The notes beneath the pieces are model-generated. The model was not told where the DNA came from and did not search any database. It saw only the letters and a list, made by a program, of their open reading frames with translations. The position numbers and the translations under genes are program-made. A DNA stretch of 64,000 nucleotides, from positions 3,534,001-3,598,000 of the forward strand of contig OX597818.1 in NCBI GenBank assembly GCA_951406725.2, written 5' to 3'. This DNA is from Octopus vulgaris. Lineage: Eukaryota. Shown here piece after piece: positions 43,711-58,097 of the stretch; the first letter of the stretch is position 1; each line of letters opens with the position of its first letter.

Positions 43711-45145
43711 CCCTTTCGTTACCAAACCGCCCAAACCCACCCGGAAAAAGTTTTGGTTCATGTGACCAAGCCACCCAAACCTGCCTGTAATTACCTATTC
43801 ATATTTAAATGAGAATATCAGAGCAAATCTTGTTAGTACATTCGTGAAAACATGTGATTATACTTCGTAAACAGTTCATCTACAGTTTTGTACAACGATC
43901 GACGTGTAATTTTAATTCCCTGAATTTTGGGAGATTTTTTTCCACATTTTTTTCGCCATCAATTTTTCTTCAACTTTGAAAATGGATAGGAGTTTCATGT
44001 TATCAAGCATTGATTCCGAATTTAAAGCTTTTTCAACGGAAAATAGGGGGATATCGAGAAAAAGAATGAATGAGGTCTTAAAGCACGTGGTGTACAAAAT
44101 AATGAATAGGATATTTTTTTATCCATTAACCAAAAGCAGCGATTCCGAAGAAACAAATCGGCGATGGCGACAGCAAAGACGATTTTACATCGGAATGAAG
44201 TAAAAAACTTTAAAAATGTTTTTATTAGCAATTTTTCTGAGGAGATAGAGTTTATCTATAGTCTTTCTTACGAAGCGAAACCATTAGACTTTTATTTTTT
44301 TCAGTATGCTTGTTTGGAGCAATCACTGTGGAAGCAAACTGTTACGCAGAATGTAAACAAACACAAAATCGGGGATCAAAGTTTGGAAAATTTGTGAAGC
44401 AAATACTGGGTACTGTGTGGATTTAGTTTTTATTCATGTTAGTGAGCATGGCTTAGGGTACGATGTGGTCTGGAAGTTATTGTTTGAAGCGATCAATGCA
44501 GAAACAAATTTACGCAGATTGTAAACAAACACAAAATTGGGGATCAAATTTCGGAAAATTTGTGAAGTAAATGCTGGGTACTGCGTGGATTTAGTTTTTA
44601 TACAGGGAAAATAATGTTAGTCAGCATGGCCTAGGGAACAATGTGGTCTGGAATTTATCACTTCCATACCATAACCAGGGCTGTATATTATTTTTTGACT
44701 GATTTCTTTAGTTCGGTCAAACTTGTGGTGGATTCCAGTATTTCACTTTATTCCACCTTTATGGTACACCTGTTGTGCATTAAATTCAACTGATGATCTA
44801 GTGATGTGCACAATTCTTCTTTATCAAAATTTTGTTGCATACCCATTTGAATATTAGCTGATGATTCATTTTCTATGGTGATGTTTAAACAAAATTTTAA
44901 TATTTTTACCGTTTGCTCAATTTACCTGGATTTGCCTGTAATTAAAGTCACTTTGAGACAAAAGTTATGCAATAGAATTGATTAAGAACACTTTCTTTAA
45001 TTATGTTCCAAACATCACATTAATATGTTGATAAGTAAAAAAGTTACAGTTATTTAATGAAACAAGCCTAAATTCATGATTATTTTAGAATTTAATTGAA
45101 ACTCATGAGGGGTGTATTTTGGTCAGAAATATAGTAACGAAAGGG
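43711..45145. mobile_element. Non-autonomous piggyBac-family element
   Basis: TIRs ccctttcgttac / gtaacgaaaggg with TTAA at 43707-43710 and 45146-45149. Internal tandem duplication 44343-44480 / 44511-44658. Confidence 0.88.
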
Positions 45146-45150
45146 TTAAA

Positions 45151-45712
45151 GTAACAATCATATCGAGTGGCTAGCATGGGAAACAAATCCTTATAGGTAA
45201 TTATTAATATTATAATTAAGTATATCAAAAGGGATACCTCCTTGCTAGATATAGCAATGAAAACCTAACTCTAAAACCACATCATTTGTTTATACAGCAC
45301 AGGTGAAAAGATAACAAATAAATTAGCAAAAGATTAATGGATAATCTGAGATTGCGATTTCTAGTTATGCATAAATATGCTCTGCCTTAACAGTGAGATA
45401 AACCAACATTAGTACATAATTACAAATATATATATATATAGCATTCAAATACTTACATATAGGCACGTATACATATGTATATATGTACATATGAACTTGA
45501 CTAATTCATTTGTCCGTTCAGCACCATGTGCTACATGGTCAGAAATATCACCACAGTGAATATAATGACAAAGTGAACATATATTTATATATAAAGAGGA
45601 TAAGATCGTTATCTACAATAACAATCATATTGAGTGGCCAGCATGGGGGAAAAAACCTTATAGGTAATTATTATTATTAAAATTATAATTAAGGGTATCA
45701 AAAGGGATACCA
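45151..45712. repeat. ~90-bp diverged direct repeat pair
   Basis: taacaatcatat.gagtggc.agcatggg..ccttataggtaattatt..aaaagggatacc at ~45152 and ~45619. Confidence 0.7.
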
Positions 45713-45770
45713 CCATGTGAGATATAAGGTTTTTGCTAGATATAAGGTCATTTGTTAGATATAAAGTCTT

Positions 45771-45985
45771 TATCACTTTAAAAAACCACAAACCAAATTT
45801 TGCCTCTAGCTCCAAAGTCCAAGATTGGCCAGGCGAGTAAGTATGTATTGAGAAAGATTGATGATGACATGAGAAGTCACATGAGCCTCCTTCTATGGCA
45901 CAGCACTGATGAGGTAATGTCATGGTTTATTGCCGACAAGGGCAGGGCTATGTTTACGCAGTTCAATATTGTCGACTTTTATCAT
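45771..45985 (+). pseudogene. Penelope-like RT, N-terminal fragment
   Basis: ITLKNHKPNF, PKSKIGQASKYVL, WHSTDEVMSWF, FTQFNIVDFY. Confidence 0.75.
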
Positions 45986-45989
45986 TTGA

Positions 45990-46825
45990 CTAGCAGAATT
46001 GCCCGGTGTTGCTCGGGGCTGAATTGCTTGAAAGTACTGTTAATGATTGCACTGAATTATGATGATTATTCAGGCAAATATTGATATAAGTTTACGGTGG
46101 GAGATAAGGACTTAACGATCAAACGTGTGCCATTGCATTGTTTTGGGGGAACCAAATTTCTGATGAGCATTATAGGGGCACCAACTTTAAGTTTGAGAAA
46201 GTGTGGTGGTAGTCCGGGTGCTCAAAGGAATTGAGTACCTCTATTGGATAGTTGATGACGTCCTCTGGGTCAGGAGTTTTATCGATAGACTGATATACAT
46301 AGACTTCCCCAGGAATGAGTTTTAGCATTTCATCATTAATATGGTGAACAGTTTTATTCCTCGGGGCCAGTATAGCCTTTTTGCCAATCCAATCCATATT
46401 CTGATAATTAGCTGGTAGATCTGGAAACACTGCATCTCTGAGATCAGAAGGCGTCTTAACAATGGTACAAATGGAATCGATGGCAATATTACCATTTTCA
46501 TCCCCTGGTATTTTGTCTTCGCAAGGAGGGTGTGAGGAAATGCTGCTGATGTGATATTACGTCGCATATGAGCACGCATATTGGTGTGAAGTTTGAGAGT
46601 TACTTCCCTTTATTAAAAAAATATGCATTAAAATGGAAAAAAATGATGGTAAATTATTTGTAAAATCATAGACTCATCGTAGACGTGCGCTAATACTCAG
46701 AAGGGCTCGATATGAATCACGACTATAAGATACCCGGTTTTGGTTAAACTGCATCGCAAAATGTGGGAGTAGTTAGGAATCTAAATCGGAGTAGACAGAC
46801 ACACAACCTTTCTTTTATATATAAA
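45990..46825 (-). mobile_element. Internally deleted Helitron with Pif1-type helicase fragment
   Basis: 3' hairpin cccgagcaacaccgggc + CTAG at 45990. AILAPRNKTVHHINDEML..SID..YPIEVLNS, and a TNMRAH segment. Confidence 0.85.
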
Positions 46826-46833
46826 TATTTTCA

Positions 46834-47344
46834 TCCTAAAAAACTTTGTATGGATTGAATGGTTACCTCTATGGAAATATATACACGCACATTATACATA
46901 CATGTGTGTATAGATGAATATATAAATACATTTAAATATCTATATACACTTTTGGGCGATCTTTCTGTTTCTTAGAGATAACTTTAGATCTTATTTTCGT
47001 GCTAAAAAACTTTGTGCGGAGTGAATGGTTACGTCTATGGAAATATATACACACACATTATACATACATCTGTGTATAGATGAATATATAAATACATTTA
47101 AATATCTATATACACTTTTGGGCGATCTTTCTGCTACTTGGTATATACTTTAGATCTTATATTCGTCCTAAAAAACTTTGTATGGAGTGAAAGGTTACCT
47201 CTATGGAAATATATACACACACATTATACATACATCTGTGTATAGATGAATATATAAATACATTTAAATATCTATATACACTTTCGGGCGATCTTTCTGC
47301 TACTTGGATATACTTTAGGTCTTATATTCGTCCTAAAAAACTTT
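46834..47344. repeat. ~166-bp tandem repeat, 3 units
   Basis: ctaaaaaactttgt..ggttacctctatggaaatatatacac recurs at ~46834, 47000, 47166 and 47331. Confidence 0.9.
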
Positions 47345-47412
47345 CCTGTCACACACTCACGCACACACACACACACCCTCACACACACACACACGCACAC
47401 ACACACTCACAC

Positions 47413-47443
<31 letters not shown>

Positions 47444-47809
47444 TTAGCTTACAATTTTATTTATATATTTGCGTGTCTATGTGTGTTAAGAGGAAGTGGG
47501 AATGCAGAGTGAAAGAGTCAGTCACTACAAAAAGTGAATTACTTTCACTTTATTCGTTGCACACTGTGTGTGTGCGTGTGCTGTAGCCCACACTAAGAAA
47601 AGCATTTGACTTATACACCACAATGTGAGTTTTCTCTAAATTTTGCTTAATTGGGGTTGAAATTTTAAAAAGTGGACCTGGCAAGACCCGATGCATTCTA
47701 CTCTTAAAAATGCTAGGTAAATTGTAATTGAAGAAATCCTATATTGTAGATTTCTATAAGAGACAAAGGGAGGCAGATAAAATCTGCCTTTTATAATAAG
47801 AGATTTCAA

Positions 47810-48750
47810 AAGATTTATTGATGAAGACACTTTCCTTTGCTAAGGGTTTCACAGATATTAATGATAGAGGTGTTAGAGTTATCATGCATGCCAGGAAGAC
47901 AGTGCTGTTCAGCTAAGATTTGACATGGGTTGAGCAATCTGACCCCCAAGGGCTCCTTTGATGTGGCTATGGGAGCATACAACAGTGCTGATGTCTGTGA
48001 TCTTATCAGACTGTACATCCTGGACATCTTAGGGAAGAGGTTTCCTTCAGTCATCTTCACTCTCTACAGAGATGACGCCCTAACAATCTCTAAAGGAGCC
48101 AATGGGCACACACTAGGCTTAGAAAGAACCTTAGGCTCAATGGGACTCGAGATCACCATTGAGACTAATCTCACCACAGTAGATTTCTTAGATGTTACTT
48201 TTTGATCTGGTCTCTAGTTCATACAATCCCTATCACAAGCCAAATGAGAGGCTGTCCTATATTAGCACAGCCTCCTGCCAACCCCTATAGTCTTCAAGAA
48301 CCTAGTGAAAGGTATAAGCCAGAGGATCTCAAATCTTTCTTCTAGCCAAGATATCTTCAATGCCACTGCTCTCTACTACAATGAAGCACTGGCATCAAGT
48401 GGGTTTAAGGACCACATCTTCTACATGCTAGGTCTTAGCACTTGGAAAAGAAAGTACCACAGAAAAATTGTTTGGTTTGCTCCACCCTTCTCGCTCAATA
48501 TCAAGACTTGTATGGAAAGGATTTTCTTTAGATTAATAGACAAACATTTCACACATGCACATAGATACATGCAATTATTTAACAGGCACAACCTAAGAGT
48601 CTCCTTCAGTTGTACACCTAATATAAAAAGCATTTTAACAAGTACCCACAATACAAGGGAGGAGGCAGGTTGTTCTTGCAGGGTATATAATAACTGGGCA
48701 GTGGGAGTCCGATGCAAGGCTGAAGGAGTCATCTATGAAGTTATAGTGAC
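47810..48750 (+). pseudogene. Penelope-like RT/thumb/linker remnant
   Basis: IMHARKTVLF, FDVAMGAYNSADVCDLI, LYRDD, VDFLDVTF, IVWFAPPFS, LIDKHF, LFNRHNLRVSFSCTPN, CSC...C...VIYE. Confidence 0.88.
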
Positions 48751-49164
48751 ACCTAGACCTACTATCCGTATTACCAGCAATGTACCATCCAATAGCAATA
48801 TTAGCAGATTAACCAGATTTCATGCCAGTACAATCACCACAGCCAGAGGTTATGACCAGTTCGGGACCAGCATCGAAGAGGACATAACTGATGATCCCAG
48901 TACCACCGCCACATATCTTCCATCCTATTTACATTCTCATCGTTGTACCTTGAGAGTATTTTCTGGCACATCACCACCTCCTTTCTCACTACCTCTCACT
49001 TTTACTCTCTCTCACTCTTGCACTCCCTCATTCTCACACTTTCTCATTCTCACTCTCTCTCTCCCTTGCTCTCTCCCTCTGACTCTCCTTTACAGCAAGA
49101 CACCTGTTTCTGTCCCTGTCATACTCTAACCTCTCATCACCTGGCACAAAACCACCTCCTCTCA

Positions 49165-49394
49165 AAGAATTTTCATCTTGCAAGTTACTTAGTGGCTTCA
49201 TTGGTGCTGGTGTCACATGAAAAAGCATCCGGTCCACTCTGTATAGCGGATGGCATTAGGAAGGGCATCCAACCATCAAGAGCATGCCAAAATGGATAAT
49301 GGAGCTTGGTGCAGTTCTCTGGCTTACCAGCTCCTGTCAAACTGTCCAACCAAGCCAGCATAGAAGATAGACATTAAATGATGATGATAATGAT
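49165..49394 (+). mobile_element. RTE-type 3' tail fragment
   Basis: ttaggaagggcatcca..ccagcatagaa..gacattaaatgatgatgat, as at 35380-35525. A further copy lies at ~58655-58880. Confidence 0.7.
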
Positions 49395-52084
49395 ATATGC
49401 TTTGTGTTCAAAAATTTTATTTTTTTTTTTTTTGCAGGAATTTCAAAATAAATTGAAGATTTGAATTGTTGTTTTTATTTGTATTGTTTTGTCACATTTG
49501 TTATTTTCCCCCCACTCCTGCACTTATCTAACACACCCACAACATTCACTTCACCCACCCAAACTTTGCCATCTAATTATATTTTGTTTGATTTGATTAA
49601 ATGTTACTTGTTGTTTGTCCAGAAATTTGTTTGCATATGTGTAGTGTTTGTGTTTTTTCAGTTGGTCACCATTCCTAACACTGACACTTCGGTTGGAAAC
49701 AACGGGGATATTCACTAGAAATAGACCCATACAACAATAATATATTTCACCTTCATCATATTGCTGTTCTTTTCCATTACTGTCCAAATTCTATTTAAAT
49801 ATCAAAGACCACTTCTAATTAATGTTTCTGTTGCCAGTGCCTCACACATAAATCAACGTTGGTTTTTCTCTTTACACTTATTTGTTTCAGTTCTCAGTTT
49901 TCCTCGGAGGAGGAGAAGATCTGGCCACTGGCAATGTAAATTATTTGTTGTCCACCTTTAGCACCTTTTTTCTTCACCTAACATGCTAAAACCCACCCGT
50001 TATCAACCGTTTTGTTCCCAACAATAAATTATAAACTGCATCCTCAACCTTTCTTTGACCAGTTTTCACTAGTTACTGCTTCTCATTTTCTCTCTGTCCC
50101 CATATTTTCTTGTTGCTAGCCACAGCTCTTAGCTTACCACCTGCTCCTCCATTTACAGACCTTCTGATCTGCAACACATGCATTTCACTCTTCTACAGTT
50201 GAAGAATTACATAGATATATTTAGCCAACCTCTTAACAATAACAACAATAAATATTCTAGAACAGAATAAATATTCTAGAACAAGTTTTTTTTTTATTCT
50301 TGGATCCACTCATTAAGTTTTTGTTTATCAAGATTCCTTGTTTTGTCTTAAAATTTTAGACCAAGAAATCCAGTTTAGAGAAACCAATGAGAAGAATGTT
50401 TACTAATTAATAAGAGATAATGTAATTATCCACTATTTACTATTACTACAATCATTTGATAGTATTCACTACATCATTTATTAATTGAACAGACCATTCT
50501 AGGGTATCCATTACCTGTAAGAATGAAAATCAAGTTTGACTTGTGTAGAGTTTAAATTTTGAACATAAAATGTCATAGCCAAATATGGTAAATTATTTTG
50601 TGTTGTGATGTTATTGATTCTGGCATTGCATGCCACCATAATTCTGCCATCAATTTCCTTATAATGGAATTAATAATTGCCTATATATTCTCTTACAAAC
50701 TGAACAACTATGTTGATATCTATTGAAGAAATACATTACTGCACTGTGATTTGAACTTAAGAATCTAATAATTTTTGGTTGTTTATTTTTGAAATATGAA
50801 TCAAGAGAGTTTATAATTAAAGCTAACAGTTTTGAAATGGCCTTCTACAGCAACAGTTGGCCTCTTTCAATTTTGTAGATTTTTCCCAATATTGAAATTG
50901 TTTTTCTGATCTATTGTCTCTCCTTGCAAGTATCCTTCCATAGTAAACCTTTCTCCCTCTCTTACACTTAGATTATTTTACACACACTCAGCTTATTTCT
51001 TTTCCTCTCTATTCTTGCTAATACTCCCCTTTTTTTATTCTCAGAAATTACTAACTACATTTGTTTTAATTACCAATTTACTGATGTTGTTTAAGAATTT
51101 GCCATCGATGTTATCTGTCTTATATTCTTCTCCCTTCAACATTTGAAAGCAACATTCTTGAATTTTTCATACATGGAATCTCTTTGACTTGATGGTCTAA
51201 AAGATCCAGAAACAAGTATTAAACACAGTGATATTCATAGATCTGCATCAATTTTTAGATAGAACTTTGCAATTGAAATAGATATTACTTTCATTTCAGG
51301 AAGAGCTCTCTTGAAGTTACTTCTAATTATTCTATTATATATCTTCACAAAATTCTGTTGACCTTTCAACAATAATTCCATAATTATTTATTGAAGTTTG
51401 TTATAATATGAACCAATAAATGGTTTATTACATTCTAGTTTATTGGAAACATAATGTCACCTGAAATTGGTTGCCAGTGTGACCCGGTTCTGCTTTTCTC
51501 TTATGAATAAATTAGTGAGATTATCTACTAATTGAGAACTGATTGCTAAATGAAAGGATATCTCTATGATTATTGAATAGGGAAAGGCAGATGTATGTGA
51601 GTGTGTGTGTGTGTATTGTTAGTTGTGAGGCGAATAAACTGTTATTGTTGCCAAATGAGAGGAAAACTTACTTTATAAGACTGCAAAATGCAAATCAAGC
51701 CAGCTTTTAAACTGCTAAATGTAATGACGACTGTATTGTCTTGACTGTTCTTTTAGATGTTGACTGGGAGAATAGCATGGAATACTGACAGTAATAAATT
51801 TGAGAAAACTCCTATAATTTCATTAGTTATTTTTGTTATGGATTAGTATTTAAGGTTAACTAGTACACATTTCAAAACATCTTGTAGAAGTAGTATCTCT
51901 TTTGTTTGAACTCTAGTAGCTCTTTATCAAAACTTTTGGAAACAAATATGGTCAGTTTACTTTCCCATATTGTTTGAAATTAGTTGATTTCTGTCTTTAA
52001 ATCTACATAGATTAATTAATAGTTATTTGTAATTATATCTATAACATTTCTAATATAGGCACAGAGCCTGAAAGCTTTGAGGAG

Positions 52085-52252
52085 TGGGTAATCAATATCA
52101 TCAACCCAATTACTCATCTGATACTTAATTTATTGACCCTGAAAGGATGAAAGGTGAATTTGACCATAGTGGAGTGTGAACTCAGAATACCAAAACAGAT
52201 GAAATACCACTAAGCATTTTGTCTGGCATGCAAATAATTCTACCAAGATGCC
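52085..52252 (-). mobile_element. Degenerate Nin/Deu-like SINE
   Basis: ttattgaccctgaaaggatgaaagg..gaactcagaa..gaaatacc matches 38440-38560. Another degenerate copy lies on + at ~62515-62730. Confidence 0.65.
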
Positions 52253-52705
52253 TCTCCAATTAGTTTTATAATATAGAAAACCAAATTTCTTAAATTAATC
52301 TGGCGATAAAATAGCTTCAGGATTCAGCAGTCTTATTTTTGTTTTTTTACTATTTACATTATGTGGGACTATGAGTTTTGTGAGAAAATTTTTTCTTTTC
52401 TTCAGGAAACATAACTCTGTTTTATCCTTATTCTGCTGGAGTGTTCCAACTAGTAGTAGTAGTGTTGCACAAACCCACATGCCATGCAAACATACACGTG
52501 CTATGAAACCTTTGTTACTCATCCATACCAGCTCTTCCACACATCAATATACAATTTACCTTTATTGAACTATGTCTTCATTGGTTTTCTCTATAAATTT
52601 TGTTGTTGCTTTTCTAATTGCTTTCCACCCAGCTAAATAGCTGTCACACTTGCTTATACCATGTAGACATTGCCTCATTGTTCTGCATGCAATAAACACT
52701 ACCTG

Positions 52706-52746
<41 letters not shown>

Positions 52747-54133
52747 TACATGTAGATGCTCATGCACACCAGTTATATTTCCATTAAATCTTCTACATTA
52801 ACATTTATGTGAAAAATAATTTTCCTTCCATTGAATGCAGCTGAAACCATTGATGCTGCACTTGAAAACTGTGGTGATATTGACATAGCTGTAGACATAC
52901 AAGCAAAATGTGGAGTGAAATAACAAACACCAGAATCCTGGTAGTTAATGCCTGCAAGCATATTGCAGATATGCAGATATGTCTGTAGTGATACACACCA
53001 AAATAGTTATGTAATACATTGGAGTCTAGTACAATGCTATTGAGATGTCTTGCATTTCTAGCAATTTTTCACAATTTACCACTAATGACTGTTAGTATAA
53101 ACTGTCTTGGAATAATTATCTAAGAAGTGTATGTTGAAAATAAATCCTGTATATTGCATAACAACAGGTCATGCAACATAGGATTTATTGCCAGGGGGAT
53201 TGTCTTGCATTGTCGATTCCAATAGTAAATTAATCACGGAGATAGGAATACAGATTATAGTAAAAAAGAAATGGACATTGTCTTGTTCTGATGCTTGTAA
53301 TGACATTATAATTTCTCGCCAGTTTTCTGGAATAGGAAAATTCTGTTGCTTTCAAATATTCCATTAACCCTTGTCAAATGTTTTAAATGCAAGCCCTGTG
53401 TTCTTTTATGTTTTTTATTCTTTAATTTGTTTCTTTACCTTGAACCCTTTTTTTGTCACATGATTTTTTGCCATGTGTTGTAGGGGCACGTACTGCACAC
53501 CACATTTCCTTCAGGACAGGTAATATTTTTGATGCTGGACACCAGCCAACCAACCAACCAACCAACCAACACTAAACTGTCTTGCTGGTTGTCTCAAGTT
53601 CTACTAATAACACATAACATGTTTCATAACTACCAGCTTCCTTCCCATTCCACAACTCCAACATTTCAGGGTTTTATTGTTGCCACTAATCTATTGTTGC
53701 TAGAATTAGTTTTAAAAACTGGCCAGAAACTAACCCAAGCCCTAATAGAAGAAAACTAAAACTTGTTAGGAAGTAAAACTTTTAAAATATGTGAATGAGA
53801 GAATGTTTAGTAAGCAAAGTCTTCATAATGCTTAATTTGTGAGATGAAAACAAGGCAGAGTTTATTAGAAAATGTCAAATTCATTATAAGCAAAAAAATA
53901 TAGATGAAAGACTTATTAAAAGAAATAAACAGAAAACAGTAAAGAAGAAGAATTTTAAAAAAACATGCAGAAGTTGTGTATTGTTGAATGACATTAAAAC
54001 ATTGACAATTAAAACATTGACATTAAAATATTGACAATTAAAATAACTCTGTGAGAATATGAAGTAAGTCTCAGAAGAAAACAGCATCCCTAAAAAAAGA
54101 TAACATTACAAACAATTAAGTGATGCTAAGCAT

Positions 54134-55567
54134 CAGGGCCGGCCTTAGGAGGTGCGAAGGCCCAATTGGGTGAGGCAAGGGGGATAATTTCCAAGGGTTC
54201 ACCCTACTCTACCCACCTCCAATTTCTGTGGAAAAAATTATTTGCAGCATATTAGGAGATTAGAGTAGTTGATAGCACAAGGTAAAAATGAGGGAAAAAA
54301 AGCATTATTTCCCACCAAAATTGAGTCGGGTGTTAAACTATAAATTTACCAAAAGTTTTCACCATCAGTAAGCGAAACTACATTCAAACTACACTTTTTA
54401 AAAATATTCTAGCAAAAATTGGAAAGAAATTTAACAAGATCCCAAAGAAACTTCTATCTGTTCTATGATGTTACACTAAAAGAGATATACATAAAAACAC
54501 AGATTAATAATTAGAATTTTTCTGAAGCTGGTTATATACTTGCCTTATATTTTTTTCCTATAACGTTTATTGTAGAAAGCACAGTCCTGTCTGCCTGTTT
54601 CTTAGCTGTATGGTTCTGGGTTTAGCATGACTGTATGACACCAAATGTCTCCTACTATAGTCCTGTGTGTGTGTGTGGCTGTGTTTGTGCTTGTCCCAAA
54701 ACCTGAATGGGAGTCATTGCAAAGAAATTTTCTCTTTTAAACAAGAGACGAGAAATTTTATCTCACCTCCTCATCTTTCTCTCTCTCTCCCCACCTCACT
54801 GTACACACACACATAGACACATGTGCACGCGTATGTATATGTATACAATTCACCACTCACTAAAAATACATATACGTACAAGCATAAACATACATACACA
54901 TACATTCTCACAAGTACAAAAACTTCAACCAAAACCGTTATGAAAAATAATTGAACTTTTCACCTTTGTTTAACCATGTCCCTTGGACAGAAATTCCTGT
55001 GGCCAAAATAGTGAGCATACATTTAGCCTTTTGCTTTTATCATTATATTTTTTCTTTCTTTAATACATATATATATAGAGAGAGAAAGAGAGAGAGACAT
55101 ACACACACACAAAATACACTTTAATTGAAATAATGTTCCCCCAAATTAAACATATACAAAGTATATTTATAGTAACTCACACACACACAAATACGCACAC
55201 ATATATACATACAATTCATCATACACTTAAACAACCATATACATACTCTCACGCACACACAAATATATTACCCAAATATTCACATACTCACATGCATACA
55301 TACAATTGACCCTTACACTAAAAATACAAGCAAGGCTTAACCCAAGGAAGTTTGGTTAAATGGGTTTATCTTTTGGTATCTTGTGTCGCTAAAGTGTAGA
55401 AAGTATGTTTTTTTAAGGAGCATTTTTATGTAAATTTTTTAAAACTTCAAGGAGACCACCTTTATGAAATGTCGTAGTATAGGATGTAGCCCCCTTGAGT
55501 GTGGGGCCCTCTTGGGCACAGGGCCCAATTGGGAACAATTGGTCCAATTGGCTTAAGGCCGGCCTTG
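54134..55567. mobile_element. Non-autonomous hAT element
   Basis: TIRs cagggccggcctta / taaggccggccttg, perfect 8-bp TSD CTAAGCAT (54126-54133 and 55568-55575), subterminal gcccaattgg repeats. Confidence 0.88.
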
Positions 55568-55750
55568 CTAAGCATAGTTGCATGATGTGCAGAACTAGAG
55601 AGGCCATTGTGAGCTGATTTTTGTATACAGCATGTATGTTGAATATATAGCATATGGATATGTATATATACATATAGAACATTGGATATCTATTAGATAT
55701 ATAGCATTAAATATATATAGCATATGTGTAAAGATATATGTATATATGCA

Positions 55751-55781
<31 letters not shown>

Positions 55782-55789
55782 TTCAACAA

Positions 55790-55980
55790 TTGAGGGTAAA
55801 ATTAATTAATCATTAATCAATTTCACCAAGTATTCAGTATGTAAAGGGACCATTTTAGGCGAATTCAAAATATTACATTATATATAAGGGCTTAGTAAAA
55901 TAAATTTGTAAAAATTTGTAAATAGTAAAATAAAAGTATGTGGCAAAGTAATTTATTTTACTAAGCCCTTATATATAATG

Positions 55981-55985
<5 letters not shown>
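55790..55985 (-). mobile_element. Penelope-like terminal fragment with 36-bp inverted repeat
   Basis: 55871-55906 is the reverse complement of 55950-55985. The left end matches 43375-43441 (rc). Confidence 0.55.
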
Positions 55986-56032
<47 letters not shown>

Positions 56033-56307
56033 ATACCCTTCAGCTGTGAATGACCATGAGATTGCACCTAGAAAGTTCTCTTCTAAGTCCCAAGTTCAGG
56101 CAAGATTGTTTGTGGAAGACCAGCAGTTACCCATACATACCAGTCTTTCCTTTCCATGCCACTGATGTTGTCTGAGAGAAAGGCAAAGGTTGATACAGCT
56201 TGACACTAGTAATATCATAACTCATATCTTTAGCTGAAATAAAGTGACTTACTCAAGAACTCAGCACACAGCCCAATATGGGTAAACCACTGAGCCATGT
56301 GCCTTCA
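56033..56307 (-). mobile_element. SINE-like retroposon, same family as 28888-29145
   Basis: gaatgaccatg.gattgcacctagaaagtt..ggaagaccagcagt; reverse complement match to 28888-29145. Confidence 0.7.
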
Positions 56308-56689
56308 TATATATGTATTTGGTGAGTTTATTTCACCAAAGAAAGATGTTGTGGCTTGCCACTTGCAGTCCCTGTATATCTCATGAGGTTGGTGATTTTG
56401 TGTGGCCATTCGAGTTATATATTTTAGCTCTTATTTCTAGTAATTGTAGTGCTGTCTTGCACCCTTATTTATGAATTTTACCTTTTTGGTTTTAATTGCC
56501 ATAGCCACCTATATTATAATGTATTTAATATATCGTAATATATTATTTTAATATTATATTATCTCATTGTATTTTTATATATTTGTGTGTCTGTGCATGT
56601 GTATCATATACCATATCATATTTACTGAATCTTCTACCTCACCTTGATTAATAAAGTGTCGTGAGTACTGGAAGTTAGCCATAGATTGG

Positions 56690-56830
56690 AATAAGTAATA
56701 ATCTAAGGGAGCTAGATCCAGACTATATGCTGGGTGTGGTAGTTCAATTCCCTCAAATTCCTGCTGTTTATTCTGGGTTGTTTAAGGGCTGTGAGGTCTT
56801 GCATTGTCTTGCTGAAGGGTTCACTTTCTT
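56690..56830 (-). pseudogene. Mariner transposase catalytic-region relic
   Basis: Minus strand reads LQQDNARPH and LPHPAYSLDLAPLDY (DNARPH and YSPDLAP motifs). Confidence 0.75.
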
Positions 56831-58055
56831 TTAACCAATGCTGAGTATTTTTGCATACATCTGCTCCAGTTGTTTGGAATACAGGTTGGCATTGATGGAT
56901 TGACTGTCTAGAATTAACTGGTAGTGAAGTATCCCCTCTTAATTCTACTAGAGGCTTAGCATCACCTTGTGTCTAAAATTACCCATGTTTGGCAACAAGT
57001 TCTGGAAGCTGGACCTTACTTGGCCACTGCTTATGCACATTAAGATTATGGAAAAGTGTCTCCCTTGGCTTATTACTTGTTCTGATCCATGGCTCACTTC
57101 CTGTGCTTGTAACACTTCATCAGTTGAAGAGGTGGAAGCTTCAGTGAAGGAGTCCTTTGCCTTGAAAGACAAGGACTCATATCAATGCTACTTGATGGCC
57201 TCTACTTTGGATGTTAGGCTGTTTTTAATGTAACTTGAATAAAACAAATAATTTAGCAAAATATTGCAAAACTTTTGACTCAAGACAGTAGCAGCTAGAG
57301 GAAAGTGTTGTGTGATAGATGATGGTAAAACAATATGGGTGATAATGATTGTTGGATCAAGAATACTATTTCAAAATTGGAGGAGAACTAAATAAAATGA
57401 AATTGCCTTTGTTAAATTTGTTAAAACTATTGTCAAGATTTTCTGGCTGGTTAAAAATGTGTTTATAAAATGTGGTCAACAATTTTTCTCCAACCTACTC
57501 TGTCTCTAATCTAATCACACTAAATTCTTGTGGAAACTCCTAAGATTCTTTCATGCCCCACTAACTTAACTGCTTTTTTGCTTTAATTTTGGCCACACAT
57601 TTTTATTATTCTCTTTCTAATATATTTATGTTGGTTTAACAATATGTTCTTCTGACTCTCTTCCCTCTCAAATGAAGAAGTGTGCCTTCTGTGACATGTC
57701 TACCTTTCAGCTCTCACCCATAGTTCTTTCACACAGACAATACAAACTTTCCAAATAAAACTAACACCCTTCCCCCAAATTCCCTCCCCCAACACACTAC
57801 CACTTTGACCAATACCATGTTTGTATATGACTTATTTCTGCTGATCTTCACTGTAGCAAACAATTGCAGCTAAACTTAACTAGTTCTGGTAATTTCTTGA
57901 AGTTCTACAGTTAATTGGTGCACAAGGTTGAGAATGTTTTGAAATCTTGCTTCTGTCATTTTGTGTTGTTAGACAGTTATATTACTCAATTGGCATGGCT
58001 GGACATCAGGACCTACATTTAATCATTAGTGGAGTGGTTTGTAGTAGGACGAGCA

Positions 58056-58097
<42 letters not shown>

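Noticed and set aside
52841-52923. Possible exon after tgcag (ETIDAALENCGDIDIAVDIQAKCG)
   Set aside because: It runs into a stop, has no convincing donor, and shows no recognisable SBF similarity.
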